Assembly: GCA_963833025.1 (NCBI GenBank) | Contig: CAWHWI010000001.1 | Location: 1,948,170-2,012,169 of the forward strand | Length of the DNA stretch: 64,000 nt | Origin: an uncultured delta proteobacterium | GTDB taxonomy: Bacteria; Desulfobacterota; Binatia; Binatales; Binataceae | Direction: 5' to 3' | Shown here: positions 20,132 to 31,067 of the stretch, piece by piece | Numbering within the stretch: position 1 is the stretch's first letter | How the letters are laid out: every line of letters begins with the position of its first letter | Made by a program: the position numbers and the translations under genes | The notes under the pieces: generated by a model | The model's input: only the letters and a program-made list of their open reading frames with translations | What the model was told of the DNA's origin: nothing | Databases searched by the model: none

Positions 20132-21088
20132 ATGGCGGTCAAGCGGAAGATTAGAATTGGTTCGCGGCCGAGCAAGCTGGCGCTTGCGCAGGGGTCGATC
20201 GTGCGCGCGCGGCTGGCGGCGCAAATTCCCGAGATCGAAATTGAAATCATCGAGATACGCACCAGCGGCGACAAGATGATGTCGGGATTGCTCGCGGACG
20301 TGGGCGGGAAGGGACTCTTCATAAAGGAGCTCGAGCAGGCGCTCGCCGATCGCGCGATCGACGCGGCCGTCCATTCGATGAAAGATCTCCCCGCCGTGCT
20401 GCCATCGCAATTTCGCATAGCTGCCGTGCCCGGGCGCGAGAATTCGTCCGATATTTTGGTGACGCGCGACGGCTCGACGTTGTCTGCGCTGCCCGCGGGC
20501 ACGCGACTTGGCACGTCGTCGTCGCGCCGCCGATTCCAGGCACTCAGGAAGAATCGCGGACTCGAAACCCTACCGCTGCGCGGTAACGTCGATACGCGGC
20601 TGGCGCGCGTGGCCGACGGCACTTTCGACGCGATCATAATCGCGATGGCAGGATTGAAGCGGCTGGGGCGCGTGAAGGATGTAAAATTCGTCGAGCTCGA
20701 CGCGCGGGATTTTATTCCGGCGGGAGGGCAGGGCGCGCTCGCGATCGAAACGCTCGCCGATGGCGGCGAATCTTCCAAAGAACTTAATCGCGCCTTTTCC
20801 GCGATCAACGATGCGCGTGCGTTTTACGAAACAGCGGCGGAGCGGGCGTTCCTCGCGGCGATCGACGCGTCGTGCACGACTCCCGTCGGAGTGCGGGCGA
20901 GGATCGAGGGCGACACGCTGGCGTTGGCGGCGATGCTGTTCAGTCCCGACGGCGCGCGGGAGTTGTCGGAATCGATCGAAGAGCCTCTCGCGCGGGATCT
21001 TGCGGCCGGCGCAGCCGAAAATTCGGGAAAGCGGCTCGCCGAAAAAATGCTCGCGCGCGGCGCGGCCGCTATGCTTGGGCATGAATGA
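20132..21088 (+). CDS. hemC: Hydroxymethylbilane synthase
   Basis: IGSRPSKLALAQ, GGKGLFIKELE, VHSMKDLP, LRGNVDTRL, CTTPVG. Confidence 0.97.
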   Translation: MAVKRKIRIGSRPSKLALAQGSIVRARLAAQIPEIEIEIIEIRTSGDKMMSGLLADVGGKGLFIKELEQALADRAIDAAVHSMKDLPAVLPSQFRIAAVPGRENSSDILVTRDGSTLSALPAGTRLGTSSSRRRFQALRKNRGLETLPLRGNVDTRLARVADGTFDAIIIAMAGLKRLGRVKDVKFVELDARDFIPAGGQGALAIETLADGGESSKELNRAFSAINDARAFYETAAERAFLAAIDASCTTPVGVRARIEGDTLALAAMLFSPDGARELSESIEEPLARDLAAGAAENSGKRLAEKMLARGAAAMLGHE

Positions 21089-22632
21089 GCGAGCGCGCGA
21101 AGAAACAGAAGCGCGGTCGAGTTTTTCTCGTCGGCGCGGGTCCCGGCGCCCCCGACTTGATTACGATTCGCGGCGCCGATGTTCTTAGTCGCGCCGACGT
21201 CGTTGTTTACGACAACCTGGTTAGTCCCGAACTGCTCAAGCTCACGCCGCCCGAAGCCGAGTTGATCTACGCGGGCAAGCGCGGCGGCTCGGAAAAGAGT
21301 ATCGAGCAACCGAAATTGAACGCGATGCTGATCGAGCACGCGCGCAACGGGCGCGTCGTCGTGCGGCTCAAGGGCGGCGACCCGTTTATTTTTGGGCGCG
21401 GCGGCGAGGAGGCCGACGCGCTGGCGAGCGCGCGTGTCGAGTTCGAGGTGGTGCCGGGAGTCACGTCGGCGATTGCGGGGCCGGCGTTCGCGGGCGTGCC
21501 GCTGACGTATCGCGGGCACGGCTCGTTCGTCGCGTTCGTCACCGGGCATGAAGACGAAAGCAAAACGGCGACCTCGACGGTGCCGTGGGACGAACTGGTC
21601 GCGGCGGCTCGCCGCGGCGGGACGATCGTGATCCTGATGGCGACGGCGCGGATGCGCGCGACGCTCGATCGAATTCGCGCGGCGGGATTGCCGGCGGAAA
21701 CTCCGGCGGTGGCCGTGCAGTGGGCGACGACGGCCGCGCAGAAAACGGTTAGCGCGACGCTGGCGACACTCGCGGATGCGTCGTCGCGCGAGGGAATCGG
21801 CGCGCCGGCCGTAATCGTGGTCGGGGAACTGGCGGGCCTGCGCGAACATCTGAAGTGGGTCGAGCGCATGCCGCTGTTCGGCCGCACTATCGTGGTAACG
21901 CGCTCGCGCGCAGCCGCGCCGGAGTTCGCGACGGCGCTGAGACGGCTGGGCGCAGAGGTCGTGGAGTTTCCGACGATCGAAACCGCGCCGCCGTCGAGTT
22001 ACGCGGCGCTGGACCGTGCGACCAAACGTGTCGATTCGTTCGACTGGATAATTTTCACGAGCGCGACCGGCGTCGAGAGTTTTATCGAACGGCTGAAATC
22101 GCGCGGCGGCGATATTCGCGACCTCGGGCGCGCGTCGATCGCGGCGATCGGACCCGCAACCGCGGCGCGGCTGGCGGACTACGCGCTGCGCGTGACGGCG
22201 ATGCCTGACGAGTATCGCGCCGAACAGATCGTTACCGCGATTGGAATCAAGCGGATTCGCGGCAAGCGCTTCCTGATTCCGCGCGCCGAGGTCGCGCGCG
22301 AGGCGCTGCCCGAAATTTTGCGCGACAAGGGCGCCAAGGAAGTCGTCGTCGCGCCTGCCTATCGGACCGTCAAGCCGAAGGGCGCGCAGATCGAGCGGAT
22401 GCGCGAGTTGATCGCGTCGGGGGCAATCGATCTCGTGACGTTCACCAGTTCGAGCACGGTCGCGAATTTCTGCGAGTTGATCGGCGCGCAGAGCAGCAGG
22501 CTCAGAGCGGCTGCAATCGGGCCGATCACGGCGGCTACTGCGCAGGAGAAGGGATTCGAAGTGGTGGTAAGGCCGAAGAGCTATACGATTGAGGGGTTGG
22601 TAGAGGGGATTGCTAAGTACTATGGACGGTGA
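21085..22632 (+). CDS. cobA: Fused uroporphyrinogen-III C-methyltransferase / uroporphyrinogen-III synthase (CobA-HemD)
   Basis: LVGAGPG, RLKGGDPFIFGRGGEE; then PLFGRTIVVTR, IFTSATGV, FTSSSTV, AIGPITA. Confidence 0.95.
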   Translation: MSERAKKQKRGRVFLVGAGPGAPDLITIRGADVLSRADVVVYDNLVSPELLKLTPPEAELIYAGKRGGSEKSIEQPKLNAMLIEHARNGRVVVRLKGGDPFIFGRGGEEADALASARVEFEVVPGVTSAIAGPAFAGVPLTYRGHGSFVAFVTGHEDESKTATSTVPWDELVAAARRGGTIVILMATARMRATLDRIRAAGLPAETPAVAVQWATTAAQKTVSATLATLADASSREGIGAPAVIVVGELAGLREHLKWVERMPLFGRTIVVTRSRAAAPEFATALRRLGAEVVEFPTIETAPPSSYAALDRATKRVDSFDWIIFTSATGVESFIERLKSRGGDIRDLGRASIAAIGPATAARLADYALRVTAMPDEYRAEQIVTAIGIKRIRGKRFLIPRAEVAREALPEILRDKGAKEVVVAPAYRTVKPKGAQIERMRELIASGAIDLVTFTSSSTVANFCELIGAQSSRLRAAAIGPITAATAQEKGFEVVVRPKSYTIEGLVEGIAKYYGR

Positions 22633-22633
22633 T

Positions 22634-23608
22634 TCACGGGCGGAGTTTGCGCGCGACTTCTTTGGCGAAGTAGGTCAGGATCAGGTCGGCGCCGGCTCGC
22701 TTGATCGACGTCAGTACCTCCAGCGTGGCGCGTTCTTCGTCGAGCCATCCGTTGATGCCTGCTGCGCGGATCATCGAGTACTCGCCCGAGACGTTGTAGG
22801 CGGCTACCGGTGCGTTGAATTCATGTTTCACTCGCCAGATCAGATCGAGATACGCAAGCGCCGGCTTGACCATCACTATGTCTGCGCCCTCTTCCAGATC
22901 GAGCGCAACTTCGCGCATGGCCTCGTCGCCATTGGGCGGGTCCATCTGGTACGAGCGGCGATCGCCGAATTTCGGCGCCGACTCCGCGGCTTCGCGGAAC
23001 GGACCATAGAATGCCGAGGCGAACTTGGCCGAGTACGCCATGATCGCGACGTGGCTGAAGCCGTTGCCGTCCAGCGCGGAGCGGATTGCACCGACGCGCC
23101 CGTCCATCATGTCCGACGGCGCGACGATATCGGCGCCGGCGCGCGCGTGCGAGAGCGCGGAGCGCGTCAGCAGCTCGAGCGTCGCGTCGTTATCCACGTC
23201 ATTGCCGGAGAGCGCGCCGCAATGGCCGTGGTCGGTGTACTCGCACATGCAGACGTCGGTGATTACCGCCATCCCGGGCACGCGCTCCTTGATTTCGCGG
23301 ATCGCGCGCTGCACTTCGCCGTCGTCGTTCCATGCCTCGCTGCCCTGCGCATCCTTGCGTTCGGGAATTCCAAAAAGAATGACGGCGGGGACGCCGGCGC
23401 CCCAGGTCTCGCGCGCCTCGGCGACGATATTGTCGACGGACATCTGCGCCACACCAGGCATCGACGCGACCGGCTTCTTCACGCCGCGGCCGGGGCATAC
23501 GAACATCGGGAGGATCAGGTCGTCGGCGGACAGGCGCGTCTCGCGAATCATGCGGCGGATGGTCTCGGTGCGACGCAAGCGGCGCGGGCGATTTATTGGG
23601 AACGGCAT
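22634..23608 (-). CDS. hemB: Porphobilinogen synthase (Zn-binding type)
   Basis: [48 protein letters not shown]. Confidence 0.97.
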   Translation of the reverse strand: MPFPINRPRRLRRTETIRRMIRETRLSADDLILPMFVCPGRGVKKPVASMPGVAQMSVDNIVAEARETWGAGVPAVILFGIPERKDAQGSEAWNDDGEVQRAIREIKERVPGMAVITDVCMCEYTDHGHCGALSGNDVDNDATLELLTRSALSHARAGADIVAPSDMMDGRVGAIRSALDGNGFSHVAIMAYSAKFASAFYGPFREAAESAPKFGDRRSYQMDPPNGDEAMREVALDLEEGADIVMVKPALAYLDLIWRVKHEFNAPVAAYNVSGEYSMIRAAGINGWLDEERATLEVLTSIKRAGADLILTYFAKEVARKLRP

Positions 23609-23641
23609 CGATAGTAACGCGTCGATTATATAGGAGGTAGG

Positions 23642-23667
23642 AACCTAACCCCTAGCCCCTTCCCGCG
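23642..23667 (+). repeat. Repeat family B, half copy
   Basis: AACCTAACCCCTAGCCCCTTCCCGCG. Confidence 0.7.
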
Positions 23668-23674
23668 ACCGGAA

Positions 23675-24436
23675 TTAGCGGTTCGGTTTGATGTGGGCTT
23701 CGTAGTGCGGGCGCATCGAGCGTAGCGCGCGCATCTGGTGGTAGGCCAGTTCGTCGTCCGGGTAGCGATGCTCGGGGCCGAGCACGCAGGCGGCGCGCGC
23801 GTGGCATCGCGGGGTGCAATCCGGTTCAACTTCCACGCGATGGGTCAGGCATTTCGGGATGTCCCATCCTGAGTCGATGCTCACCGCGTTGGCCGGGCAC
23901 GCGGGGATGCATGTGCGCGCGGTGCATCGCGGGCACGGGTCGAAGCCGAGCGCGTCGCCAGGTGAATCTAACTCTTCGTCGAGCAGCAGCGCGGCGCGAA
24001 ATGCGATCCACGGTCCATATACAGGATTCACGGTGACGCCGAGGATGCTCGGGCCGGCGATGCCCGCAACTTTGCCCAGCTCGATGAAGCTGAGCGTGCG
24101 GCCGTTGCTCATGAACGGGTAGACGGTGGTGCATCGCGCGCCCGATGCGCGAATCGGGGCGGCGATGTCGCGCTCGACAACTTCGCGGGTGAAGTCGTCG
24201 AGCGGATTTTCACGATTCCACCATCCGGGGTGGCGCGCTGCGTGCGATTTGAGCGCGTCCCAGAGCGCGCCGCCGCCGTTGCCGATGACGACGATCGAGC
24301 GTGATTGCGAATCGATCGCCGAGGCGCGCGAAATTTCCTTGACCGAGGCCTCGTAGCGCGCGACGGGGGTTGCCGCGACCAGGTTGAGTCCATGCGGCGT
24401 GGCGGCGCGGCGAATTTTGTCGAGCGTCGATGACAC
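23675..24436 (-). CDS. QueG/MMACHC-like Fe-S protein
   Basis: SILGVTVNPVYGPWIAFRAALL and CPRC...CIPACP...C...C..RCHARAAC cysteine cluster. Confidence 0.65.
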   Translation of the reverse strand: MSSTLDKIRRAATPHGLNLVAATPVARYEASVKEISRASAIDSQSRSIVVIGNGGGALWDALKSHAARHPGWWNRENPLDDFTREVVERDIAAPIRASGARCTTVYPFMSNGRTLSFIELGKVAGIAGPSILGVTVNPVYGPWIAFRAALLLDEELDSPGDALGFDPCPRCTARTCIPACPANAVSIDSGWDIPKCLTHRVEVEPDCTPRCHARAACVLGPEHRYPDDELAYHQMRALRSMRPHYEAHIKPNR

Positions 24437-24445
24437 GCGAAGATC

Positions 24446-25744
24446 TCAGGGCAACGCGATGGCGAAGATAGCGCCGTCGTCGCATTGGCCGCCCGCTTCA
24501 GCCGTCCCGTAGAGAGTGTTGTTCAGCAGGAGGACGTTGTCGACGGGATTTGCCGCGTCGTTCCCATTCTGGAACTGATAAATTTTCGTGTAGTTGTCGC
24601 CGGTCGTGTCGATTTGAAAGACCGTGCCGTTGCCCTGGCTGCCGCCCAGCTCGGTGGTGCCGTAAAGCGTGGTGCCGTTGAGCATCAGCGAGCCGTAGGG
24701 ATTTATACCGTCGTTGCTTCCAGTGGCGCCGAAGTTCTTTACGATGGTGAAGTGATTGCCGCCGGTGTCCATCGAAAAAAGCGTGCCGTTGCCGTACGCG
24801 CCGCCGAAGGTGGTCAGCCCGAATAGTGTCGAGCCGGATTGCACGAGGGTGCCGTGGTCGGGAGTCGCGCCGTCGCTGCTGTCGACGCACGTAGGCGTGC
24901 TGTTACCTGGGCAGCGGAAGTTGTGGAGCACTTTGAATTTCTTCTTGGTCGTGTCGAAGGAGAAGATGACGCCGACGTCGGACTTACCGCCGGAGCGCGT
25001 CATGCCGTAAAACGTGGTGCCGTTGGGATCGAGGATGAGCTGACCGTGCGGGTCGGAGCCGTGCTCGCCGCCGAAGGAGTAGAGCAGGGTGTAGGTGCTG
25101 CTGGAGGTATCGAAGGAGAAGATAGTGCCGTCGCCGGTCACGCCGCCATGCTTGCCGCCCTCGGAAGTCATGCCATACAGCACGCTACCCACAGCGACGA
25201 AGCAACTGTACGGCTGATCGCCCTTGCTGCCGGATGCAGTCTTGGGAAAATCGAACAGGGGCGGTGACGAGTAGCCGGTGCCGTCGTCGTTGATGCTGAA
25301 GATGGTGCCGTTGCTGTGCTCGCCGCCAGTGAGCGTGGTGCCGTAGAGGGTGGTGCCGACCAGGGTCATCGCGTTGTTGCGCGGATCGTTGCCGTCGGTC
25401 TTCGCGCCGGCGAAGAAGTTATCGACCGTGTATCCAGTCCCGTCGGGATTGATTTGGAAGATCGTGCCGTCGCCGTTTTTCGTGGTGGTCGAAGTGGTGC
25501 CGAAGAGCAGGCCGGTGGCGGCGACGTAGGTCAGCGAGCCCTTGGGGTCGGCGCCGTCGTCGATTTTAGAAGTGCAGCTGGTGCCGCCGGCGACGCCGAA
25601 GGAGTAGAGCACGGTCTCGCTTCCGGTCGGCGTCGCGGCGGGAGCGGCGCTGCCGGCGAGGGCTGCAGAAGCGAGAGTCAGCGATAGCACCGCGGTCAGC
25701 GTCGCGAAGATACAGTTGCGATTGAATCGAATGCGGGAAAACAT
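24446..25744 (-). CDS. Secreted beta-propeller repeat protein (Gloeobacter/Verrucomicrobia GloVer-type repeats)
   Basis: Signal peptide; about 7 repeats of DG..P.G.L....TLYGTT..GG....GTIF.I. Confidence 0.85.
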   Translation of the reverse strand: MFSRIRFNRNCIFATLTAVLSLTLASAALAGSAAPAATPTGSETVLYSFGVAGGTSCTSKIDDGADPKGSLTYVAATGLLFGTTSTTTKNGDGTIFQINPDGTGYTVDNFFAGAKTDGNDPRNNAMTLVGTTLYGTTLTGGEHSNGTIFSINDDGTGYSSPPLFDFPKTASGSKGDQPYSCFVAVGSVLYGMTSEGGKHGGVTGDGTIFSFDTSSSTYTLLYSFGGEHGSDPHGQLILDPNGTTFYGMTRSGGKSDVGVIFSFDTTKKKFKVLHNFRCPGNSTPTCVDSSDGATPDHGTLVQSGSTLFGLTTFGGAYGNGTLFSMDTGGNHFTIVKNFGATGSNDGINPYGSLMLNGTTLYGTTELGGSQGNGTVFQIDTTGDNYTKIYQFQNGNDAANPVDNVLLLNNTLYGTAEAGGQCDDGAIFAIALP

Positions 25745-25827
25745 AGCCCCATCTCCTCCACGTCCCAAAATGAATATCGGCCACGTCTATTGTAAGCGAG
25801 CCGAATGAACTAATCGATGCGGCGGGC

Positions 25828-26238
25828 TCAGGCGATTTTGTAGGTTACCAGCGCATCGGCGATGAGGGTGTCGGAGGCGTCGGCGACTTCGACGGCGAGG
25901 CTCGCGATCCGCTTGCCGGTGCGCTTCACTCGCGCGCGGGCGATCAAGTCGGAATTCACGGCGAAGCCGGTGTAATTCACGGTGATCGAGATGGTCGCGG
26001 TGCGCGTTGTCGCGGCGAGGCTCCATACCGCGGCGCATGCCGCCACGTCGGCGAGTGCGGCAATCGCGCCGCCGTGGACGGGAGCGGTCGGGCCGCCGTC
26101 GTTGAGGAGGCGCAGGTCGAACGGCATCCGCACGATAGCGGCGCCGTTGGCGGCCGACTCGATCTTGAGGCCGAGCGTCGCGGAGAACGGCGCTCGTTCG
26201 AGCAGTTTGATGAAGTGGCTTCGATCCTGGGCGGTCAT
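25828..26238 (-). CDS. PaaI family thioesterase
   Basis: PFSATLG, VHGGAIAALAD hotdog motif. Confidence 0.88.
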   Translation of the reverse strand: MTAQDRSHFIKLLERAPFSATLGLKIESAANGAAIVRMPFDLRLLNDGGPTAPVHGGAIAALADVAACAAVWSLAATTRTATISITVNYTGFAVNSDLIARARVKRTGKRIASLAVEVADASDTLIADALVTYKIA

Positions 26239-26723
26239 TCAACTTCTCTGTCGCGAATTTTTTTTGATGCGGCGAGCTTGAGCGCCAGCGCGACCGCGCC
26301 TTCGGGAGTGTCGGCGCGGTGCAGGCCGCCGATTTCGGGCCAGGAATCGAGCGCGATGATTGGCTTGCCGAATTTCTTCGCGAAGCCAATCTCGGCCAGC
26401 GTGCCGCCCTCGCCGGCCAGCGCGACTACCGCGTCGGCGCTCGCGACGATCACGGCGTTGCGAGCCTCGCCGATGCCGGTGGCGATAGCGAATTCGATGT
26501 GCCGGTTTGCCGCGCGGCGATCGTGACCCGGCAGGATTCCGATCGTATGCCCACCTTCGCTGCGCGCGCCTGCCGCCGCGGATTCCATCACGCCCGTGCG
26601 CCCGCCGTTCAGCAGCACGGCGCCGCTGCGCGCGATCTCGCGGCCGAGCGCGAACGCGAGCTTGCAAACGGCGCGCGGCGCATCACCCGCGCCGATGACC
26701 GCTACAACCTGCCGCCGTTTCAT
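26235..26723 (-). CDS. TIGR00725 / LOG family nucleotide-binding protein
   Basis: GGRTGVME, TIGILPG, TGIGEARN, GTLAEI. Confidence 0.88.
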   Translation of the reverse strand: MKRRQVVAVIGAGDAPRAVCKLAFALGREIARSGAVLLNGGRTGVMESAAAGARSEGGHTIGILPGHDRRAANRHIEFAIATGIGEARNAVIVASADAVVALAGEGGTLAEIGFAKKFGKPIIALDSWPEIGGLHRADTPEGAVALALKLAASKKIRDREVE

Positions 26724-26749
26724 CGCAAAAAAACTGCCCGCCGGATGAA

Positions 26750-27514
26750 TTACTCTTGCAAGCCGAGCGCGGCGGGTAGTTCCGCCAGGTCCGAGATGAC
26801 GATGTCCGGCGCGGGAATTCCGGCGGGCAACTCGCGGCCGCGCCTGCTAATCCACGCCGAATGCATCCCGACGCCCTTGCTGCCGAGCACGTCGTCGAGC
26901 GGAGTGTCGCCGACGAACAGGATATCGGCGGGCTCCAGGCGCATCGCGTCGAGAATTTTTTTGAAAATGAGCGGGTTGGGTTTTCGACAGCCGGTGTCGG
27001 CCGAGATGATCACGGCGTCGAAGATTTCGCGGATGCCGGTGTCGAGCATGATGAGATGGCCGGTCTCGGAATCGTCGAAGTTGGAGATCAAGCCGACCCG
27101 ATGGTGTTTCGCGATTAGCTTCATCGCGTCGATGCGCGCGGCGGGCGCCTTGGTGACCTCGCGCACGCGCGCCATGTGGATTCGGCGCAGATTTTCGGCC
27201 AGCGGCGCGGCTTGATCCGCGTCGACGTCGAGCAGTTTCAGCGTGCGCGAGAACCGCTCGAGGCAGGTAATCTCAACCGCGTCGTGCTTTGCCCGCTCGG
27301 CGAATATATCCGCGAAAACCGACCCCTGTGCCTCGACAAATCTCTCCCGGTCGAAGCGCTCACCAATCGCGGCTTCCAGCGCGGGATAGAGCAGCGGCGT
27401 CGTACTGCGGATTTCACGCCCGCGAAATTGCATCAGCGGCAGCGCGTCGGGATTCCAGGTGACGAGCGTGTCGAACAGGTCGATCACGACCGCCTTGTAA
27501 CGATGCTCAGCCAC
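26750..27514 (-). CDS. HAD superfamily hydrolase
   Basis: DLFDTL, ISNFD, RKPNP, FVGDTPLDDVLG. Confidence 0.9.
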   Translation of the reverse strand: MAEHRYKAVVIDLFDTLVTWNPDALPLMQFRGREIRSTTPLLYPALEAAIGERFDRERFVEAQGSVFADIFAERAKHDAVEITCLERFSRTLKLLDVDADQAAPLAENLRRIHMARVREVTKAPAARIDAMKLIAKHHRVGLISNFDDSETGHLIMLDTGIREIFDAVIISADTGCRKPNPLIFKKILDAMRLEPADILFVGDTPLDDVLGSKGVGMHSAWISRRGRELPAGIPAPDIVISDLAELPAALGLQE

Positions 27515-27977
27515 GCGGGGTCAAAGCTCCCGCGGTGCCGACGATGGCGGCAAGATTCAACAGCAGCACGGTGCCATTGAGAATCACCGAGGTGCGGTGC
27601 AGCTTGTCGAACTCCGCTTTGCGGGCGGCGTCGGGATTCGGATCCTCGGTGACGGCGCGAAGTGCGTCGGCGCGCGGCAGGATGACCGTGCCGGCATAGA
27701 AGGTGATCCCCAGCGCGATTGCCAGCGCGACCGTCGTGCCGCCCCACCATACTCGCGGCCCGCGGACGGCGGTGAAGTAGATCGCGAGCACCAGGCTGAT
27801 CGTTCCCACGATGTAGCCGAGCAGGTAATAGCGCGGGAAGATTGCGCTGATCAGTTGGCCGGCTTCGTGGCGCGGCAGGATCGTGAAAACGGCGGGCGCG
27901 GTGAAGAACGAGAAGAACACAATTCCGCCGAGCCAGCATCCGAGTGCGGCCAGGTAAATCGTCAAAACTATGATCAT
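27507..27977 (-). CDS. DUF4149 (TMEM205-like) membrane protein
   Basis: WLGG..FFSF.TAP.VF..L....AG......FPRYY; FDKLHR.SV.LN. Confidence 0.85.
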   Translation of the reverse strand: MIIVLTIYLAALGCWLGGIVFFSFFTAPAVFTILPRHEAGQLISAIFPRYYLLGYIVGTISLVLAIYFTAVRGPRVWWGGTTVALAIALGITFYAGTVILPRADALRAVTEDPNPDAARKAEFDKLHRTSVILNGTVLLLNLAAIVGTAGALTPRG

Positions 27978-28008
27978 TTTTCAGTGACCAGCGGGGCGAG
28001 CGTCGCGA

Positions 28009-28435
28009 TCAGTTGAGCCATCTGTTTGGCGCGCCGGGCAGTGGCTGCCGCTCGGAGAAGCCGGTGTCGACGCTGTGCCATGCGACGAGGCGCGATTCGC
28101 CGAACTGCCAGCACAGGAAGACGACTTCGTCGCCGGCGTCGTAGGGGAAATCGATCAGGCCGAGGTCGATGTCCTTGAGGATGCATCCGAAGGATTCGAT
28201 TTGCGCGGCGGCGTCGGCCATGTTGGTCGCGAACGAGTGCAACTCCGGATAGCGGCCGACGATTTCGCTGCATCGCGGAATGCACGATCGACGGATCGGT
28301 AACCGACAATTCGTCGATACGCGCGCGCAACGATGTCGCCTGCATCTGGAGCTGGCGCATCAAAATTTCCAGGCGCGGTATCAGCTCGTTAGCTTCTTCC
28401 TCGCTGAATAACCTATCAAATGCAATATTAGGCAA
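28009..28435 (-). CDS. DUF2203 family protein (one apparent frameshift near 28271)
   Basis: RLFSEEEANELIP in one frame; GCILKDIDLGLIDFP...LCWQFGE...WH...GFSERQPL in the next. Confidence 0.82.
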
Positions 28436-28585
28436 CGTTTCCTCATCAGTAGCGCGACCCGGTCACCGTGATTAGCTTCTTTTGTAAGAGGTAACCTTGT
28501 CCGCGCCACCACCGTATATTACGGTGAAATTTGGGTTGTGTGGAAGGTGTGGCGTGGGTTCCTCCCTACGAGGTTCGATTGACCT

Positions 28586-31031
28586 ATGGCAGATAAACCC
28601 AAAGGGGAAAAACGCTTCGAGATCGAAGAGGACCTGAGCAAGGCCGAGATACCCGAAATCCTGCCGGTGCTGCCGTTGCGCGGCATCGTGATTTTCCCGA
28701 GTCAGATACATCCGTTCCTGGTTTCGCGGCCGTCGTCGCTCAAGCTGATCGAGGACTGTGGGCAGACGTCCAAGGTGATTGCGCTCGCGGCGCAGAAGAA
28801 TCCGGAAGACGAGCAGCCCGCGCCCGAGGGATTGTTCAAGAGCGGCACCGCCGTGCGCATCCTCAAGATGCTGCGCTATCCGGATCAGAGCGTGCGGGTG
28901 CTGGTGCAGGGACTGGCGCGAATCGAGCTGGGGCAGTTCACCCAGCGCGAGCCGTACTTCCTCGCGCATGTGACGCGGCTGCGTCGAGCCGGCATCGACC
29001 GACAAGGAAATCGACGCGCTCCATGCGCATCTGGTGAGCCAATTTTCCAAGTTCGTGTCGCTCGTGCCGTACCTGCCCGACGAGTTGCAGGTGATGGCGA
29101 TGCAGGTGAAGGAGGCTAGCCGTCTGGCCGACATGGTCGCCTCTTACCTGAAGATTCCGATCGAAGAGGCGCAGGATTTGCTGGCGACGCTCGACGTTCG
29201 CGGGCGGCTGGAAAAGCTGATCGCGATTTTAGGCCGCGAGATCGAGATGCTCGAACTCGGGCACAAGATCCAGTCGCAGGTGCAGACCGAGCTCAACAAA
29301 AATCAACGCGAGTATTACCTGCGCCAGCAGCTCAAGGCCATTCAGAAGGAGCTGGGCGAGGGCGACCCGCGCAGTTCCGAAGTCGAAGAGATCGAGAAGA
29401 AGATCGAAGAGGCGAAGATGTCGCCCGAGGCGCGCAAAGTCGCGGACAAGGAACTCGAGCGCCTCAAGATGATTCCGCCGGAGTCCGCCGAGCACACCGT
29501 CGTGCGCACCTACCTCGACTGGCTGGTCAGCCTGCCGTGGGGCGTGTCGACCGAGGACAACCTGGACATCCGGCACGCGCGCCAGGTGCTCGACGAGGAC
29601 CATTACGACCTCGAGAAAATCAAGGAACGTATCCTCGAGTTTCTCGCGGTGCGCAAACTCAAGAACGACACCAAGGGACCCATCCTGTGCTTCGTCGGGC
29701 CTCCGGGCACCGGCAAGACCTCGCTGGGCAAGTCGATCGCGCGCGCGCTCGGCCGCAAATTCGTGCGGCTCTCGCTCGGCGGCATCCGCGACGAGGCCGA
29801 GATTCGCGGGCATCGGCGCACTTACATCGGATCGTTGCCGGGCCGCATCATTCAGGGGCTGCGCAACGCGGGCTCGAACAACCCGCTGTTCATCCTCGAC
29901 GAGGTGGACAAGCTCGGCATGGACTTCCGCGGCGACCCGGCGTCGGCGCTGCTCGAGGTGCTCGATCCGGAGCAGAACAACACGTTCTCGGATCATTACC
30001 TGGACGTGCCGTTCGATCTTTCGAAAGTACTGTTCCTGACCACCGCCAACATGCTCGATCCGGTTCCGCACGCGCTCCGCGACCGCATGGAAGTGCTCGA
30101 GCTGCCGGGATACACCGAGGAAGAAAAGCTGCAAATCGTGCAGCGTCACCTGATCCCCAAGCAACTCGACGAAAACGGACTCGGCGATCAGAAGATCGAA
30201 TTCTCCGAGGAGGCGCTGCGCGAGATAATCCACAGCTACACGCGCGAGGCCGGGCTTAGAAATCTCGAGCGCGAGATCGCGCGCGTCTGCCGCAAGATCG
30301 CGCGTTCGATAACCGAGGGCGAAACCGCGCCGGCCGTCGTCGGCGGTGACGATGTGCAGAAGTATCTCGGCGCGCCGCGCTTCTTTTCCGAGGTCGCCGA
30401 ACGCACGCAGGAACCGGGGGTCGCGACCGGGCTGGCATGGACACCGAACGGCGGCGAAATAATGTTCATCGAGAGCACCCGCATGAACGGGCAGAAAGGC
30501 CTCAACCTCACCGGCTCGCTCGGCGACGTGATGAAGGAATCGGCGCAGGCCGCGCTCTCTTACGTGCGCACGCACGCGGTGGCGCTTGGAATCGCGCCGG
30601 ACTTTTACGAAAAATCCGACATCCACGTCCACGTTCCCGCCGGAGCGATTCCCAAAGATGGGCCGTCGGGCGGCGTGACGATCGCGGCGTCGCTGGCGTC
30701 GTTGCTCAGCGGACGGCCGGTGCGCTCGGACATCGCGATGACCGGCGAGATAACGCTGCGCGGCAAGGTGCTGCCGGTCGGCGGAATCAAGGAGAAAGTG
30801 CTCGCGGCGAGGCGCGCCGGAATCAAGACGATCATTCTGCCGCGCCGCAACGAGCGCGACCTCGAGGACATCCAGCCCGAGGTCCGCAAAGAACTCGAGA
30901 TGATTTTCGTCGATACCGTCGACGAGGTCATCCGGCACGCGCTGCGCGACGGCGACGCGGTGAAGCCGGGCGCCGAGGCGGTCGCACCCACTCCGGCGAC
31001 CGCGCGGACCGAAAGAACCGTCCTGAACTAG
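28586..31031 (+). CDS. lon: ATP-dependent protease La (one apparent +1 frameshift near 28982)
   Basis: [14 protein letters not shown] domain; GPPGTGKTS; LDEVDK; PKDGPSGG catalytic Ser; GGIKEK Lys. Confidence 0.95.
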
Positions 31032-31067
31032 ATGTGAAGGGGTTCACGACCGCTCACTTCTCCGCGA

